From assembly GCA_013239625.1 (NCBI GenBank), contig MU053431.1, positions 2,694,485-2,754,484 on the forward strand: 60,000 nt of DNA. Reading direction: 5' to 3'. The notes below the pieces were generated by a model that saw nothing but the letters and a program-made list of their open reading frames with translations, was not told the DNA's origin and made no database searches. Shown piece by piece: positions 1-19,850 of this stretch. Both the position numbers and the translations under genes were made by a program. Position 1 is the first letter of the stretch, and every line of letters starts with the position of its first letter. The DNA comes from Lama guanicoe. Its lineage: Eukaryota.

Positions 1-2699
1 CACAAGTGAGGACCACTCTCCAGGACTGACCACAGTCCCACTCTGGCTGATTCATGGTTGTGGCCAGAACCAACCGGCCCTCCTGGGAGGAGTGGTGGAT
101 GCCTAGCCGGCAGCTGGTCTGTGGCTCACTCCCACCACCTAGAGGCTTCTGCACAATGTGGGTACTGCAGGTTGCAAGGCAAGGTCACCCCGTGGGACTC
201 CCACTTCCCACTCCCCCTGCAAGGGGTCACCTCCCCCTGCCACGGTGGTGGCTTCTATGCAGGACTGCCCTGTATCAGGGTTCAGGGAAGGGCTATAGCC
301 CCCAGGTCCCCAGCTCAGAAGCTGCCTCCCTGCCTCCTCTGCCACCCACCCCCACCCGGCCGTCCTGTCCATTCGCTCTGCCCTGTCACCCGTCCTACCC
401 CGGGCCAGGCTCCCCAAGCTGGGACCTCCTCCCACAGGGCCCATTACTCTCGAAGGCCATGGCGTCCCTTTGTCTGCAGCTTCGGGGCTCCAGCCGAGGT
501 CCACTGAGACACGCGAGGGTCCTGGTGAGCTGTCTCTGTAGCCCTTGCCAGGGACGCCTGAAGTCAAGGCTTCTCCTGAAGGAGGGGGGCCCAAGGTGGG
601 TGGCCTGGATTTCCACTCTGGCTGGGCAGTGGCAGGGCCCGGTGCTCAGCTGACAGCACCTCCTCGCCTCTGTGTCCTCGCTTTGGTGCCCCATCACGGG
701 GCAGTGCTCAAAGCAAGACTCAGTGTTACCAGAAGACCAGTTACACTGACAACACAGTTATCATATTAGTTCCTAAAACATGTGATGTAGAAACTGAGGT
801 GCCTCTTATCACTGCAGTCCCAGCAGCACTGAGTGACAGCAGGACGTGGGGGCGTCAGCGGGATGACCACGGCACAAAGTGGCTCTAGTGTGTGCTGGGC
901 TCGGTCCCAGCACTGTTACTGCTTCCTTTGTAACTAAAGGGACAGTATCCCCCACCTCCCGAGATCAAAGCAAAGGAGACGGAGAGACCTTCCCACTGGG
1001 TTTCTTTTCTGATGGGAAGGTTGGTCCCTGACTCCCTCTCACCCGCCCCAGTCCCCCGCAGTCAGTCCCTGTCCTGCGACTGCCTCTGTCCCTCTCAGCA
1101 GCCTGGATACGGGCACAGGGGCTGGGGTACAGACTCCTGACCACCACTCACCTACCTACCAGCTCTACATTCTCTGCACTCTCAGAACACAGCCCCCAGC
1201 CCCCTTAGCCCCCGCCCTCCTCTGGGTGCCCAATGCTCAGTGTCCACCTGGGTGGCTGGAGGCCTGTGCCTCTGCTTCGTGTGGACAGAGGACAAAAGCC
1301 CCAGGGCCCCACCCCTGGGGATACAGAAGGCAGGGGGTCTTCCTTGTTAACCAGCTCCCCAACCCAGCCACACACAGAAGCCTCCCTTCCTCAAAGCCCT
1401 GGCACTGGATGGGGGCAGCCCCTCGCAGGGTGGTCTGCCCAGCACGGGAGGGGCGAGTTCTCAGGCTGGTTTTCCCAGGTGCCTGCACATCCAGACCTTT
1501 CCTGAGCACTTTGTCCTCATCTGTCCTGTGGAAATCAGGTTGGGATTGGCCTCAGGGCTGGCTCCTGAACAGTGACCTGCTCCTGGGGGCTAAGCTGACC
1601 GACCAGACCCTGCCTTAACTGGTGCCTCCACCGGGGCCGGACATGTGGCTCAAACCCTTCCACAAGCCCCAGTGATGCTTCTGAGAGGCCTGTCCTCATC
1701 CTCTCCTTTCTGACTCCAATCTTAGGGACTGGAAGCTGTTTGAGGTTTCTCGGACACGTATTTGCCTGCTCCGGAGGGTCAAGGCCAAGTGCTCTGCTCC
1801 ATGTGGGTATCCCTCTGCTCCAGCCTTGGTCAGAAGCCATGGCTGAACTCAGCATTTCACAGCGCCCTGTTATGGTGCTAGGGGGTCTCCCGAAGGGAAA
1901 TTACCGCCAATCAGTCCTTGAATCAACTTAACCCTGTGTGTCGGGGGGGCCTAACTGGGCAGCCTCCATGTATACCTGCCTGTGTGGAGGCTCCTTCCTC
2001 TGGCCAGTGGTCCATTGAGAGCCGGGTTGAAGGGTGTGTGCCTCCCAGCTTCCCTGTGTCCCTGGTGTGGTCAGAACCTCAGAGGCTGCAAACACACTCA
2101 GACCAGGGGATTTTGGCTATGGAGACTTGTCTGGTTGGGCTGGGCTGGAGCTATGGCCCCAGTTTACAGTGAGGGGCAGAATCAGAGCTAGTGTGGAAAC
2201 CAGTGCTGTGTTCACCCATCACAGGTCTTTGCTGCCTATGAGAAATTCCATGATTTTTCTTATGATTACTAAGGAATCTCATAACTGCCCATGTTGCTCT
2301 TCACTTTGGCTGCTGGGAAGCTCAGTCATGTCTAAATGCCACTGGGAGTCCAAGGCATGGTCATCTGGACATCTCATCTGCCACCTGGTCTCACAGTTAC
2401 TTGGCCTGAATTTCAGTGACTGTGGGGCCCACAACACTAGGCATCAGTCCCCTGGCCTCTACCCTCCACCAAAGTTGTGCCCCTTCTGGCAGACCACCTA
2501 GCTTGTGCATCATTGAGGAGGTGGCAGACGTCTGGTGGTTGTGCTGGCCCTGCCCCTCTACCCAGCTTTCCCCGAGGCAGGGCCATCCCTCCAGTTAAGT
2601 GCAGTCTTGTCCTTCCCAGGGGCCTCCACCAGCAACGGTGATGACAACCCAACTGCTCGTGCTCAGTCCCCTACCCGCTCTCAGTGCATGACGTAAATC

Positions 2700-2810
2700 A
2701 GCTCTCATCACCCTGACAGCTGCCCTGTGAAGCAGGCACTACCACCATCCCCGTTTCACAGACGGGGAGGCCGAGGCACAGAGAGCCCGGGATTCGCACC
2801 TGGTAGCTGA
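2700..2810. mobile_element. MIR-like SINE fragment
   Basis: 'ccctgtgaagcaggcactaccaccatccccgtttcacagacggggaggccgaggcacagagag' resembles the MIR core (..cccattttacagatgaggaaactgaggcacagagag). Recognised by eye; boundaries approximate. Confidence 0.65.
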
Positions 2811-3447
2811 CTTCGGAGACAGGGACCCTGCGCACGCCTCTTCAGGCCCCCGGCGCCTTCCTAGCCTCAGCCTGGGCGTCTCCCAGACCCAGCACCCGGC
2901 GACTGCCCCCTCCACCTCCCTGTGCACGAGGCCCCGCGGCCAGTAGCCAGGCCCGGAGAGAGTAAACGGACTCCAGCGTGCCTCTGAGGCCCCGCACAGT
3001 CGTACCCGGGCCTTCCCAGCTAGGAGCGCCAGGCTCCGCACCACCGTCCCCAGGCCCCTCTGGACCCCGCGCTGCCGCAGCGCCCTCCGCCGGCTAAGCT
3101 GCCCGCGCGGGGGCTTGTGGGACTGCGAGGCCTCCGGCCTCGGGGGCCTGCGGCGGCCGTCCGTTTCAGGACTACACTTCCCAGGAAGCTGTGCGCGCTC
3201 GCCTGGCCCCTGGGGGTTGTGGTCCGCAAAGGGGACAGAGCTCGCAGGGTGGTCAGGCGCGGGAACTACGTGTCCCAGGATGCAGCGCGGCGTCGCGGGG
3301 GTCGGGGGTTTGAACGGAGGGTCTCCCGCCCGCGGCAGGGCTGCGTCTGCTGCGGCGGGTGCGGGAGGCGGCGGTGGCCGGGGCTGGGGTCCGGGCCGGG
3401 AGGCTGAGGCTGGCGCGGCGGGCGCTGGGGGCGCTGCCCCCGAGGCG

Positions 3448-10988
<7,541 letters not shown>

Positions 10989-11177
10989 GCCCCTGTGCAC
11001 CTGTGCCTGCAGCCTTGGGCCGAGGCCAGCACTGGCCACCACCTCCCCCATTCCCTGCTAACAGATGCAGCTTCTCTGGAGACCTGCCCTGTGCCCAATG
11101 GCCTTCCTCAGAAGGCAGCACATCCTGCCCTACCCCACCACTCGCCTGCAGTGCACCTTGTCTCTTTCCCCCAGACT

Positions 11178-11183
11178 ATTAAA
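11178..11183 (+). terminator. Probable TCEA2 polyadenylation signal (ATTAAA)
   Basis: ATTAAA about 190 nt after the stop codon, followed by T/GT-rich sequence. Confidence 0.7.
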
Positions 11184-12616
11184 TGTTTCTTTTTGCCACC
11201 GTTTTGTCCCTAGCCCTTGGGTCCTGGTGGGCCACGCACAGGCTTGGGCTTTGAGCTGGGCCCCCTATCCCCCACATCTGGTCTAACACCCCACCTCCAC
11301 CTGGGCTGCAGGGGCAGCCCTCCTCCCTGGGGTCAGGGGTCACTTGGCTTGGCCTGGTAGGGCAGGGCCTGGGAGGCCCCATGTGAGGCTCATGTGGGGA
11401 GGGCCCTGGGCACACACAGGACCCATGGTCTCATGAGCTCCCCCTACACTGAAGCTCAGGGTCCAGGGATTATGGGTGGGAGGCCAAGTCTGGGCCCCTT
11501 CAGGATCCCCTCCCTGGCTCGTTGAGGCAGTGTGGATGGGGTGGACTCCCGACCAGAGTCTCTGGGCCCTGGTTGCAGCTTTGAAGTGCTTCACCGACCT
11601 CAGATTCAGGGTCAGGGTGGCAAGTGTGTGCCTTGTGTGGCCTGTGAGACGGTACAAGTGACAGTGCCTGGCATCCAGGGACATCACCCCCATCAGTGTC
11701 TTGCCCTAGCTGGCCAGCCTCTGATCGCCTGCCCACCCATCGCCTGCCCAGTGCTGCCTGTATCATCAGCCTTGGGTCCTTGGTGTTGAGAGGCTGTGGT
11801 GCCCTCGCGTGGGAAGGAGTGAGCACAGCTGCCCTCTGGGCTCGTTGCTGACAGGTGGGCCTGGGGCAGAGCACGCGGGACCAGGCCCCTTCCCTGAGCA
11901 GGGCTGCTCCCCTGCTGGGGGTCTGGGACAGCTCGTCCTCTAACCCCCCCACAGCGTGGACAGGGGAGGGACTTTGGCTTAAAAGCATCTTCAATAATAA
12001 GATCCTATTTTAGGGGGGAGAGGGGTGGAGTTAAATATGAAAACAGTTTCTTTTTTTCATAAAACACACAGTGAGGACATGTTTCCTGGTTTAAACCCTA
12101 AAAACACATAAAAGAGATACTGGGTCCTGCTCCCTTGAGCCTGGTTCAGCGGTTCTGGTTCTGGGATCCTGGGGTGCAGATGGCACCAGCTAGAGGTCTC
12201 ATGTCAGAGAACTGGACAGTTCAGAGGTTCTCTTCCCCACCAGGGCATTTCTTGGGGCCCCCAACTGCCTGGGGAGGAGGACCCAGTGAGGTTTGTGGGT
12301 CCAGGGTGTTCCCAGGGAGGGTGCCTCCTCTTACCACGTGGGACCCCAGCAGGAGCACTCCGCCGGCCAGTGGGGGCTGGTGCGGGAGGGGGCGCTAGGG
12401 CCCAGAGGCCCTCACATCTGCCTCTCAGGAGGACCTTGGGGCACTAGGACCCCTAGGTAGGGAAGGGGGATTCTGCCCTGCCCTGCACCTGGAGCTCCTA
12501 CCTGGGACTGCCCCAGGGGTGCTGGGCCCTGCAGGTGTGCCCGACACCTGCTGACACTCATGAGAAGTCTCTGCCCACGGGAGAGGTCCCTAGTCTGGGC
12601 TGCAAGAGTGGGCAGC

Positions 12617-14789
12617 CTAGGCCTCGCTGGAGGACGGGGAGCCCCCCCGGAGCAGCAGGGCACGGTAGGCAGGGGAGCTGAGGAAGCGGGGGTAGGAGTC
12701 TCGGTGCATGAGTGTGTAAATCTGCAGTTGTGCATCGTCGAACGTGTGTGCCGACGGCTCCTGCATCTTCTTGTTGATGCCCTCCCGCACCCGGGAGTCC
12801 AGGCTCACCTGTGGGTGGGACAGGGCACTGCGGTCAGGGGGTCTGGGAGGCCGAGGCCCCCGCCCCCGGCCCCGCGCAGCACACCTCCTTGGGGGACAGG
12901 ATGGACACGTAGTCCTCATAGATGAGCCGCGCCTTCTCATCCACCACGTGCTGGTTGGCCTCAGCCTTGAGCTCCTCGCAGGCCAACCAGAAGAGCATGT
13001 TCTCCTCGCTGTACTCCGTGCGCAGGAACTCCCGGAACACGCTGCGGCCAGCCGGGCTGTGCATCAGCTTGTCGAAGGACCGGGCCCAACTCTGCACCTC
13101 CTCGGGGCTTGGTGCGGTGCTGCGGGCAGCCGCCACCCGGCCAAGTCAGGCCTGGTCCCCTCAGCCCGGTTTGGCCCCCTCCCCGCCCTGGCAGATGTGC
13201 ACCCCCGGGCCACTCACCAAGCTTCGCAGCTGGGGAGGGGCTGTAGCCTGCTGTCCCGTGAGGCCCGCCATGCTCGCCGCCGCTCTTCGTTCCTGGTGGC
13301 AGAGAGAGGGTGGCACTGCCGTCCTCTGCACGCGTGTGAACGCAGGATGTGCAGCACACAGTAACACCAACGCATGTAAACCCACTGCAGGTGGGCAGCC
13401 TTGGGTCTGCTGCTTTTCCAGCCCGTCCGGTCCCCGGGCCCAAGACCCGGCCTGCAGCACGACTGCCTGCTCGCCTTTGGGACTTCACGGGGCCCTGCTG
13501 TGCCCCTCCCTCCCTGGCCTGGCCACGGCACCCCCCTGCCTTCTCCCAGAGACCCCAGCTGCTGTGGTGGAAGCCCCCAGCCTGTGTCTGACCCCTGACT
13601 CTTCCTAGGGGCCCTTCTTGCTCCCTTGGCTTCTAGTACCACATCATCGTGGGCTCCCAAATCCATACCTCCAGCTGGACCTCTCTCCAGGGCCACTAGG
13701 ATGGCTGACAACTCAAACCCAAAGGTCCAGACAGAACTCTGTCCCTATCCTACTGCCTGCCAGACCTCATACTGCCCACAGCTAAACTCTCAATGAGTCC
13801 TGACTCTTCACAGCCTCCCGGCTGTACCCCAGGCCACCCCTCTCCTGTTTTAGGCCTGGGCTCAGGCCTCGGTTGCTCGCTGGTCAGCTGACCCCCTCTT
13901 TGGGGCCCCTCAGCGCTGTCTGCTCAACAGCAAAGGCTGGAGGCCTGAAAAGGGCCAGGCCTCCACAATGAACCAAAAACCCACAGGTTCCCTACATGCC
14001 TAGAAACCAGTTACCCCCTAGACACCCCATACCCACCACCTGTTCTCTCCCAGGGCCACATCTCTGCTAGAAGCGACCCCACCTGACACAGTTTGTAGGA
14101 CGTCCTTCTGTCTACGCCTGCTGTAGGTTCCCAGAGTCAGCCTGGGCTGGCTTATGCTGCGTGTGCACACGCGCACACTTGCGCACACACATGCTGGCCA
14201 GGTGCCTGCACGTGGACACATCCTTGAACACACCAGGCATGAAAGTCACACACACACAGGGGCCTGGGCACAGGCTGCTGGTCACCAGGATGCTGGATAA
14301 ATGCTGTGGATGGCAGGGTGTCCCACCTGCAGGTGACACCTCAAAAGCCACTTGAGGGGCTGGGAAGTGGGATCCTGAGCCCCAGGTCTGCTCAGCCCAC
14401 CCCTCCCCCCCAGGCACTGCGTGCATCCCCAGGCCCACGTACCAGGAGCAGCTGCAGCAGCAGCACCAGCACAAGCAGCAAGGGTTGCGTCTTGGGGGAG
14501 CCGGGGGGGCCGCATCATGACTGGACATTGAGGGGGGCTGGTCCGCCTCCTCTGGTCCTACGTGCTGGGGGAAGATGGGGCTGCCTCAGCCTCCAGGCCA
14601 GAACCTGTCAGAACCACACGCCTCTCCCCACCAGACTGCCCGCTGGTGGTGACGCTCGTTCCCAGAAACATGGCCTTCTGGCCTCCCAGGTGTTTGAGGA
14701 TCTCCCAACTCCCTGTCATGCCCCCTCCAAGTTCCTCCGAGGGGGCAGGGGGGGCGCACCTGCTTCTCAGCCTCATGCGGGGTGGGCAT
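12617..14789 (-). CDS. RGS19: Regulator of G-protein signalling 19 (GAIP), 217 aa, 5 coding exons
   Basis: Coding exons on minus strand: 14789-14760, 14564-14443, 13292-13218, 13119-12885, 12808-12617 (654 nt, GT-AG, phases consistent). Starts MPTPHEAEKQ. Has the cysteine string CCLCWCCCCSCSW, the RGS box (SFDKLM..FLRTEYSEENMLFWLACEE..DSYPRFL) and the C-terminal PDZ ligand SEA*. Confidence 0.97.
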
Positions 14790-15244
14790 GGATGGGAGGA
14801 GGTCTTTGGGGCTCCGTGGTGGCTGCTCCAGGACCCTCACCACAGCCTGGGGGTCTGAGAAGAGAGGGTGGGTTCTCACTGAGAACTGGACACTGGCCCC
14901 TGCCAGCCCCCCACCTCCAGACCACTCTGCCCAGGCTCCAACCCCCCACCCCAGCCTACGCCAGGGCTGTGAAGGGGTGCAGGGTCAAGAAGGAGGGGGC
15001 CCCAGACAAGATCTCCGTAGGAGGTTCTGGGACACCCCCATCTGCTCAGTCCCTGGGAAGCCGGAAGCCTGGGTTCCTCTTTCTTGGTTTCCGGCTCCTG
15101 GCCCCTCCCAAGGGGGCTGGGGGCCTGCAAGAGTCTGGGGCTGTCAGGTTGGTGCACAGGGTGATGGTCAGACCTTTAGACACCACCTAACCCAGCTTCC
15201 TCCATCCCAGGTTTTCTGTGGGTAGGGCTGCCCCTGACCAGGAG

Positions 15245-15304
15245 GCCAGATTGGCCTCCTGGCCCCAGAGAATTGCCAGATTGGCCTCCTGGCCCCAGAG
15301 AATT
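15245..15304. repeat. Perfect 30-bp tandem duplication
   Basis: gccagattggcctcctggccccagagaatt x2 (15245-15274, 15275-15304). Confidence 0.95.
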
Positions 15305-17399
15305 CCCACCTGCTCATGGGGACTCAGCAGGGCAGCGGCCTAGGCCTGCAGCATGGAGGATTTGACTAGGACGTGGGGCGGGATGTCCTGAGGGGGTGGG
15401 AAGTGCAACAGGGCATGGGTGAGGAGGACCAGGAGCTGCCAGGGACTGCTGACTTCTTAGTCCCAGACTCCGCTCTTGGTACCCCTACCCTTGGCTGGCA
15501 CCCTACCGCGCCCAGGGTCTCCCGGCCTCCCTCCCCCCTCCCCCCACCAGGCTGCGGAAACCACTGCGGGCCGGAGGCCTCGCCGCAGGGCGGGCGCGCC
15601 AGGCGGGGAAGCAGGCGGCAGCGGGGGCAGGGGTGCGTCCTGCTCCCAGGTCTGAGCCGCTGGGTCCCTTCTGCTCGCCGTCTGAGCGTACCTTCCCAGT
15701 GGTGCAGGGGTATGGGGGACGCCGAAGTCCCAGCCGGCTGAGCAGCTCCGGCCTGGAACCCTCATAACAAAGTGCGCGCAGGCGAAGCGCGGGCAATGCA
15801 CGGGGTGGCCAATCAGTGTCCGGGAGGCAGTTTTGAATACCTCCCCACCTTCGCCTCTGCCGGTGCCCTCCTCCGCCCAGGTGAGGGCCCACAGGGCCTG
15901 GGGCGCCCCCCTGCATGTCTGCAGCACGGGCCTTCCTGAAAACCCGCTGCCGGTCTGGCAGCCAAGAGATTCACGACTTGGTTTCACTTTATTTTCTCAT
16001 TTAATTATCATCCGCCCTGCTGACCCGCTATCCCTCTGCTTTTGGCCTTTGAATGTCTGTTTGGTCCATATTGGCCTCTCGTAGTCTCTGATGGCAGGAG
16101 AGGAGGGTGGATGCCCTAGGCAGTCACCAGGCTAGGCAGCGCCTGCGTTCCAGCTCCTGGCCAGGTGCGGTGCTCAGAGGTGACCGCCCGAGTTATGCAC
16201 ACTGAGGGCACCACTGCCTCCAGAGGCCCCTGCCCTGACCCGAATCTAGGGGCAAGGTAGGGTCCCATGGGGCCTTGGCCCCTCACCACCTGCTTGGCTT
16301 CCCCTGAGATCATGGTGGCGGGACCCTCAAACTGGGTCCCATCGGCTTCCAACAAACAGGTGGGGGAAGCAGTAGCCCCACAGCATGCCTTCCCTCAGGG
16401 GTCAAGTTTCTAGGGAAAGGAAGGGGTGTGGCAACCTCTGAGGTCTGGCAGCTGTACCCCAGACAGGCTGTGACTTCCCCAGGCAGAGCAGCTCTTCCTC
16501 CTCTGCACCCCCACCCACTGTGAGTCGGGGCAGGGCCCCAATCCCCTCCCTCACCCTCTAGCACCCTGAAGACTATACCTCCTCAAGGCTGCCTTCTCCA
16601 ACTCAGCTCTGAATTGGAGGAGGGACCTGTCTGAGTGCGCAGGGCTGAGGTGCTAGGGGCCAAGTCTGGGGCGGGGAGGCAGTCCCTTCTGTCCTGGTTA
16701 CAGGCCCTGGATCTGGTCGCCCATCCCTGGACCCAGCTCCCTGCACCCTCCTCAGGCTGGTTGGGGCCACCTGTGCCCCCGGGGCACCTGCTCTCTTTCC
16801 TGGTGGAGGTACAGGGTCTGAATTAAGTTTCCTTTCCTCTCATCCTGGCATTCGACAGGGGACTCCCTCCCCTTCCCCAGCCCTTAAGTCTGGGATGGGA
16901 GAAGCTGGATAGGAGGCAAGTCTGGCCTCTGGGGACAGAGGCTCCCTCGGGAGCGGCTGCTGCTCTGCTCCACAGAAGGAAAAAGAACGTCCCCGAGCCC
17001 GCCCAGTCCAAAAAAAGAATAAGAATATGTGACAATCCCAGGAAAAAATGCCATAACCTTTGGGAGGGAGGTTGACAGAGGGGCTCCATTCCTTTCTTCT
17101 CATCCGACTCAGTACCTTTTCTATTTGCTGCCCCCCTCATTTGGCTAGTGGGAGACTCCCAGCCTGGCTCCTCCAAGGCAGGACAGGTCTTCCCAGCCCT
17201 GGTGACCCTCGCCCCAGCCCACCTCTGCAATGGTGGCGGCAACTCACTCCTCTCTCTCTCTCTGCTGGTAGGGTCTGGCCTGGAGAAGTCTGCCTCCTTC
17301 TTCAGGGTCCCTTCCTCCAGCCTTGACGCTCCCACCCCTACCTCAAGGAACTCCCCACGCGACCCACTCACCAGCGACCCAAAGGCGAGGTGGGGGCGG

Positions 17400-18300
17400 G
17401 AGGGGCCAGGTTCGCTCTGGGCCCCACCCTGGCTCTGCCGAAGGGGCGTGCACTGCAGCAGCAGGACTCGGGTCAGACGGCAGGAGGTCCTCCTGCACGT
17501 TCTAGAGCGAGGCTGGTGCCAGGAGCCCCCGATCGGCTTGGGCTGGGGGCGCAGCGCCTCCACTACGACTCGCAGGGCTGAGCGGCTGCCAGATCCAACG
17601 GGGTGGGGGCGGGGGCAGACCCGCTGTCCCGCCTAGGGCCCTCCCCACCAGGCTGAGGTGGGGGCGGGAGACGCGGAAACCTGGGTTCTTCCGGCCCCCC
17701 CTTTGAGCAATCACTTCCCCAGGCTTAGAGCTGCAGAAAAAGGGGAACCCTGTTGCAACGCCCCCTCCCCCACGCGCGGGGACTGGCTTCTGTCCCGCCG
17801 CGGCCCAGGGTCCACGTGGACCCCGCGGCGGGAGTCCTTAGGGTGCTGATCCCGGCGCGGGTTTCCGAGGCTCCCGCCCCGCACGGCCCCCGGGCCAGGG
17901 GCAGGAGGGACCAGGCCGCCGTCCTCGGCGCCGCGCGCGCGCGCACTCACCAGCCGCGCTCCTGAGTCGCTCGCGGCGCAGCCGCCGGCCCGCGCGCTCC
18001 GAGGTCCGACCGGATCGTCGGGGAGGGGGCGCAGGGTGCAGTGCGCAGGCGCCTCGGCCGCACTTCCCCAAAGCGCGGGGCCGGGACTTCCTCGCGCGGG
18101 GAGGCGCCCGGCCCGGCCCGCCCTGCCCGGCGCGCCCCGCCCCGCGCCCGGCCGGCCCCGCGCCCCACACGCCCCCTCCCCATCGCCCTGTGCGGTTCCG
18201 CGCGGCGCCTCGGTTCCCACCGCCTCTTAGGGGGGCCCGTGGAGTTGAGGTGCTAATAATGGGGCCTCTGGCCCCCTGGGCGGCCTGAGCTGGTACCGTG
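17400..18300. promoter_or_regulatory. CpG island; probable RGS19 promoter / shared RGS19-OPRL1 bidirectional promoter with RGS19 non-coding exon 1
   Basis: CpG-dense. GC boxes (CCCCGCCC near 18135), NRF1-like TGCGCAGGCGC near 18042, ETS-like ACTTCC near 18062 and 18086. Minus-strand donor G|GTGAGT at 17951/17950. The head-to-head RGS19/OPRL1 arrangement is established in human and mouse. Confidence 0.75.
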
Positions 18301-19729
18301 GTAGACGGGGGTGTGGCCATGCCCCCAGCTGTGCTCAGTCTGGGGCCATTTCAGCTTTGCCTTTACGGTGGGGCGTCCGCGAGACTCCAGCGTCCCCATA
18401 GGCTGCTTGCCTACCCCTCTCGAAGAAGGGAGAGACCGCTGGAAAGGGCTGCCTGGTGGTCATTCGCGGCCCAGTCCTAGCCTTTCCGACCCTGGGTGTC
18501 CTCACCTGTAAAATGGGGTGAAAAGCGCGCTCTCACCATGCTGTAGGAGCCTTCCCGATGAGGGGGGCTCCTGGCTGCGGTGCCAGTGGATGCTGGGGGT
18601 TTGAGTTCTTGTATCTGGGGTCACCAAATGTCCCTGTGCGTGGAGCCTGGCTGAGTCCCTTTCAACCCCTCTACTTGCCCCAAGATGTTCTAAAGTTCAA
18701 AGTCACACCCTCCCCTTTGCCATGAATGCCTGTCCCTTCTCTATGGCCAACTCTCCCCAGATTTTATTACCCTGTACAGCTGTGAGTTAAATTCCTTATC
18801 CCAGCATGCTTTGGGCCATTGTCTGGGCGGCCCTGACCCTGCTCTGGAAGTGGTCTGCAGAGTGCCTGAGTCCCCCGGGCCTTGGACCATGTGTAGCTGC
18901 TGTCCCCAGTGCAGGCACTCAGCCCCGTCGGCCCTCAGTGCCTAGGTCCTGCTCACAAAATGCCTTCCAGTCACACAGGTTGCGTGTGCTCATGTTTTTC
19001 AGAGCTCTTGGGGGAATGAAGGGAAGTGAAGAATTTGAACAAACTCTTTGTTCATCTTGTAAATATCCGGGTGTCCCCTGTGTGCCAGGCGGTGGGACAT
19101 AGCAGTGACAGGACAGAGCCGCCCTGGAGCAGATGAAGTGGACTTGTAGACTGGGTGAGAGGTGAGGAGGGAGAGGTGGGAGGTGTTAAGCACAGAGCTG
19201 GAGCCAGCAGGGCAGCAGGACAGGGGCCTAGGGGGTGGAGGCCAGGCTGCAGGAGAGCGAAGGGCAAGTTCAAGGGAGTTGGGGGGGCCCTGGAAGCCAG
19301 GGTGCCCAGGGGGCCGGGTGACATGACGAGAGACCTGTCGGGCCGCCATGTTGACAGGCTGGCCAGGACAGGACAGATGCTGGAAACCTGCCCAGAAAGG
19401 AGGTGGCTGCTTCTTATTTAGCTGAAGATAACAGTCCTGGGGCGTGGGGCATAGGTCCTACAACTTCGTCAAGGTCTCAGAGCCATGCTGATCCCATGGT
19501 GTGTGATGTGGCATCTGCATCCACCTCCTGAGAAGTGTGTGTGGCAGCTGGATGTGGGTGGGGATCAGCACATTTCTCTCCCTCCTTGGGCCACTCTATA
19601 CTCCCTCCCTCCCCGCCTTCCATACCCTGTCCTTGCTCTGGCCACTCTCCCACATCCTCGGGCCACTTGGGCCTCTCTATTCCCCTTGCCTCGCCCTCCT
19701 GAGTCTTCTGCACCTCCTCTGGGGAGTCT

Positions 19730-19850
19730 CTCCCATATTCCACGGGAGGAACAAGGGGACTGGGCAGGGACTCATTCAAGGCTATGCAGCAGGTAATGCT
19801 GGAGCTGGGGTTTGAACCCAGGATCCTCTGTCCAGAGCATGAGCTCCGGG
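19730..19850. mobile_element. MIR-like SINE fragment
   Basis: 'cccatattccac...ctcattcaaggctatgcagcaggtaatgctggagctggggtttgaacccagg' resembles the MIR core. Confidence 0.6.

Noticed and set aside
54..653. 199-aa and overlapping ORFs at the window start
   Set aside because: No recognisable domain or splice structure; typical of stop-poor GC-rich DNA. No SOX18 HMG box is present.
12809..12884. 76-nt GC-rich RGS19 intron as a mirtron candidate
   Set aside because: It has a G-rich 5' half and C-rich 3' half, but I could not build a convincing end-to-end stem by eye.
17827..17850. REST/RE1-like half sites (minus strand ATCAGCACC..GGAC)
   Set aside because: Spacing and the right half-site deviate from the consensus. 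I found no convincing full RE1 in the window.
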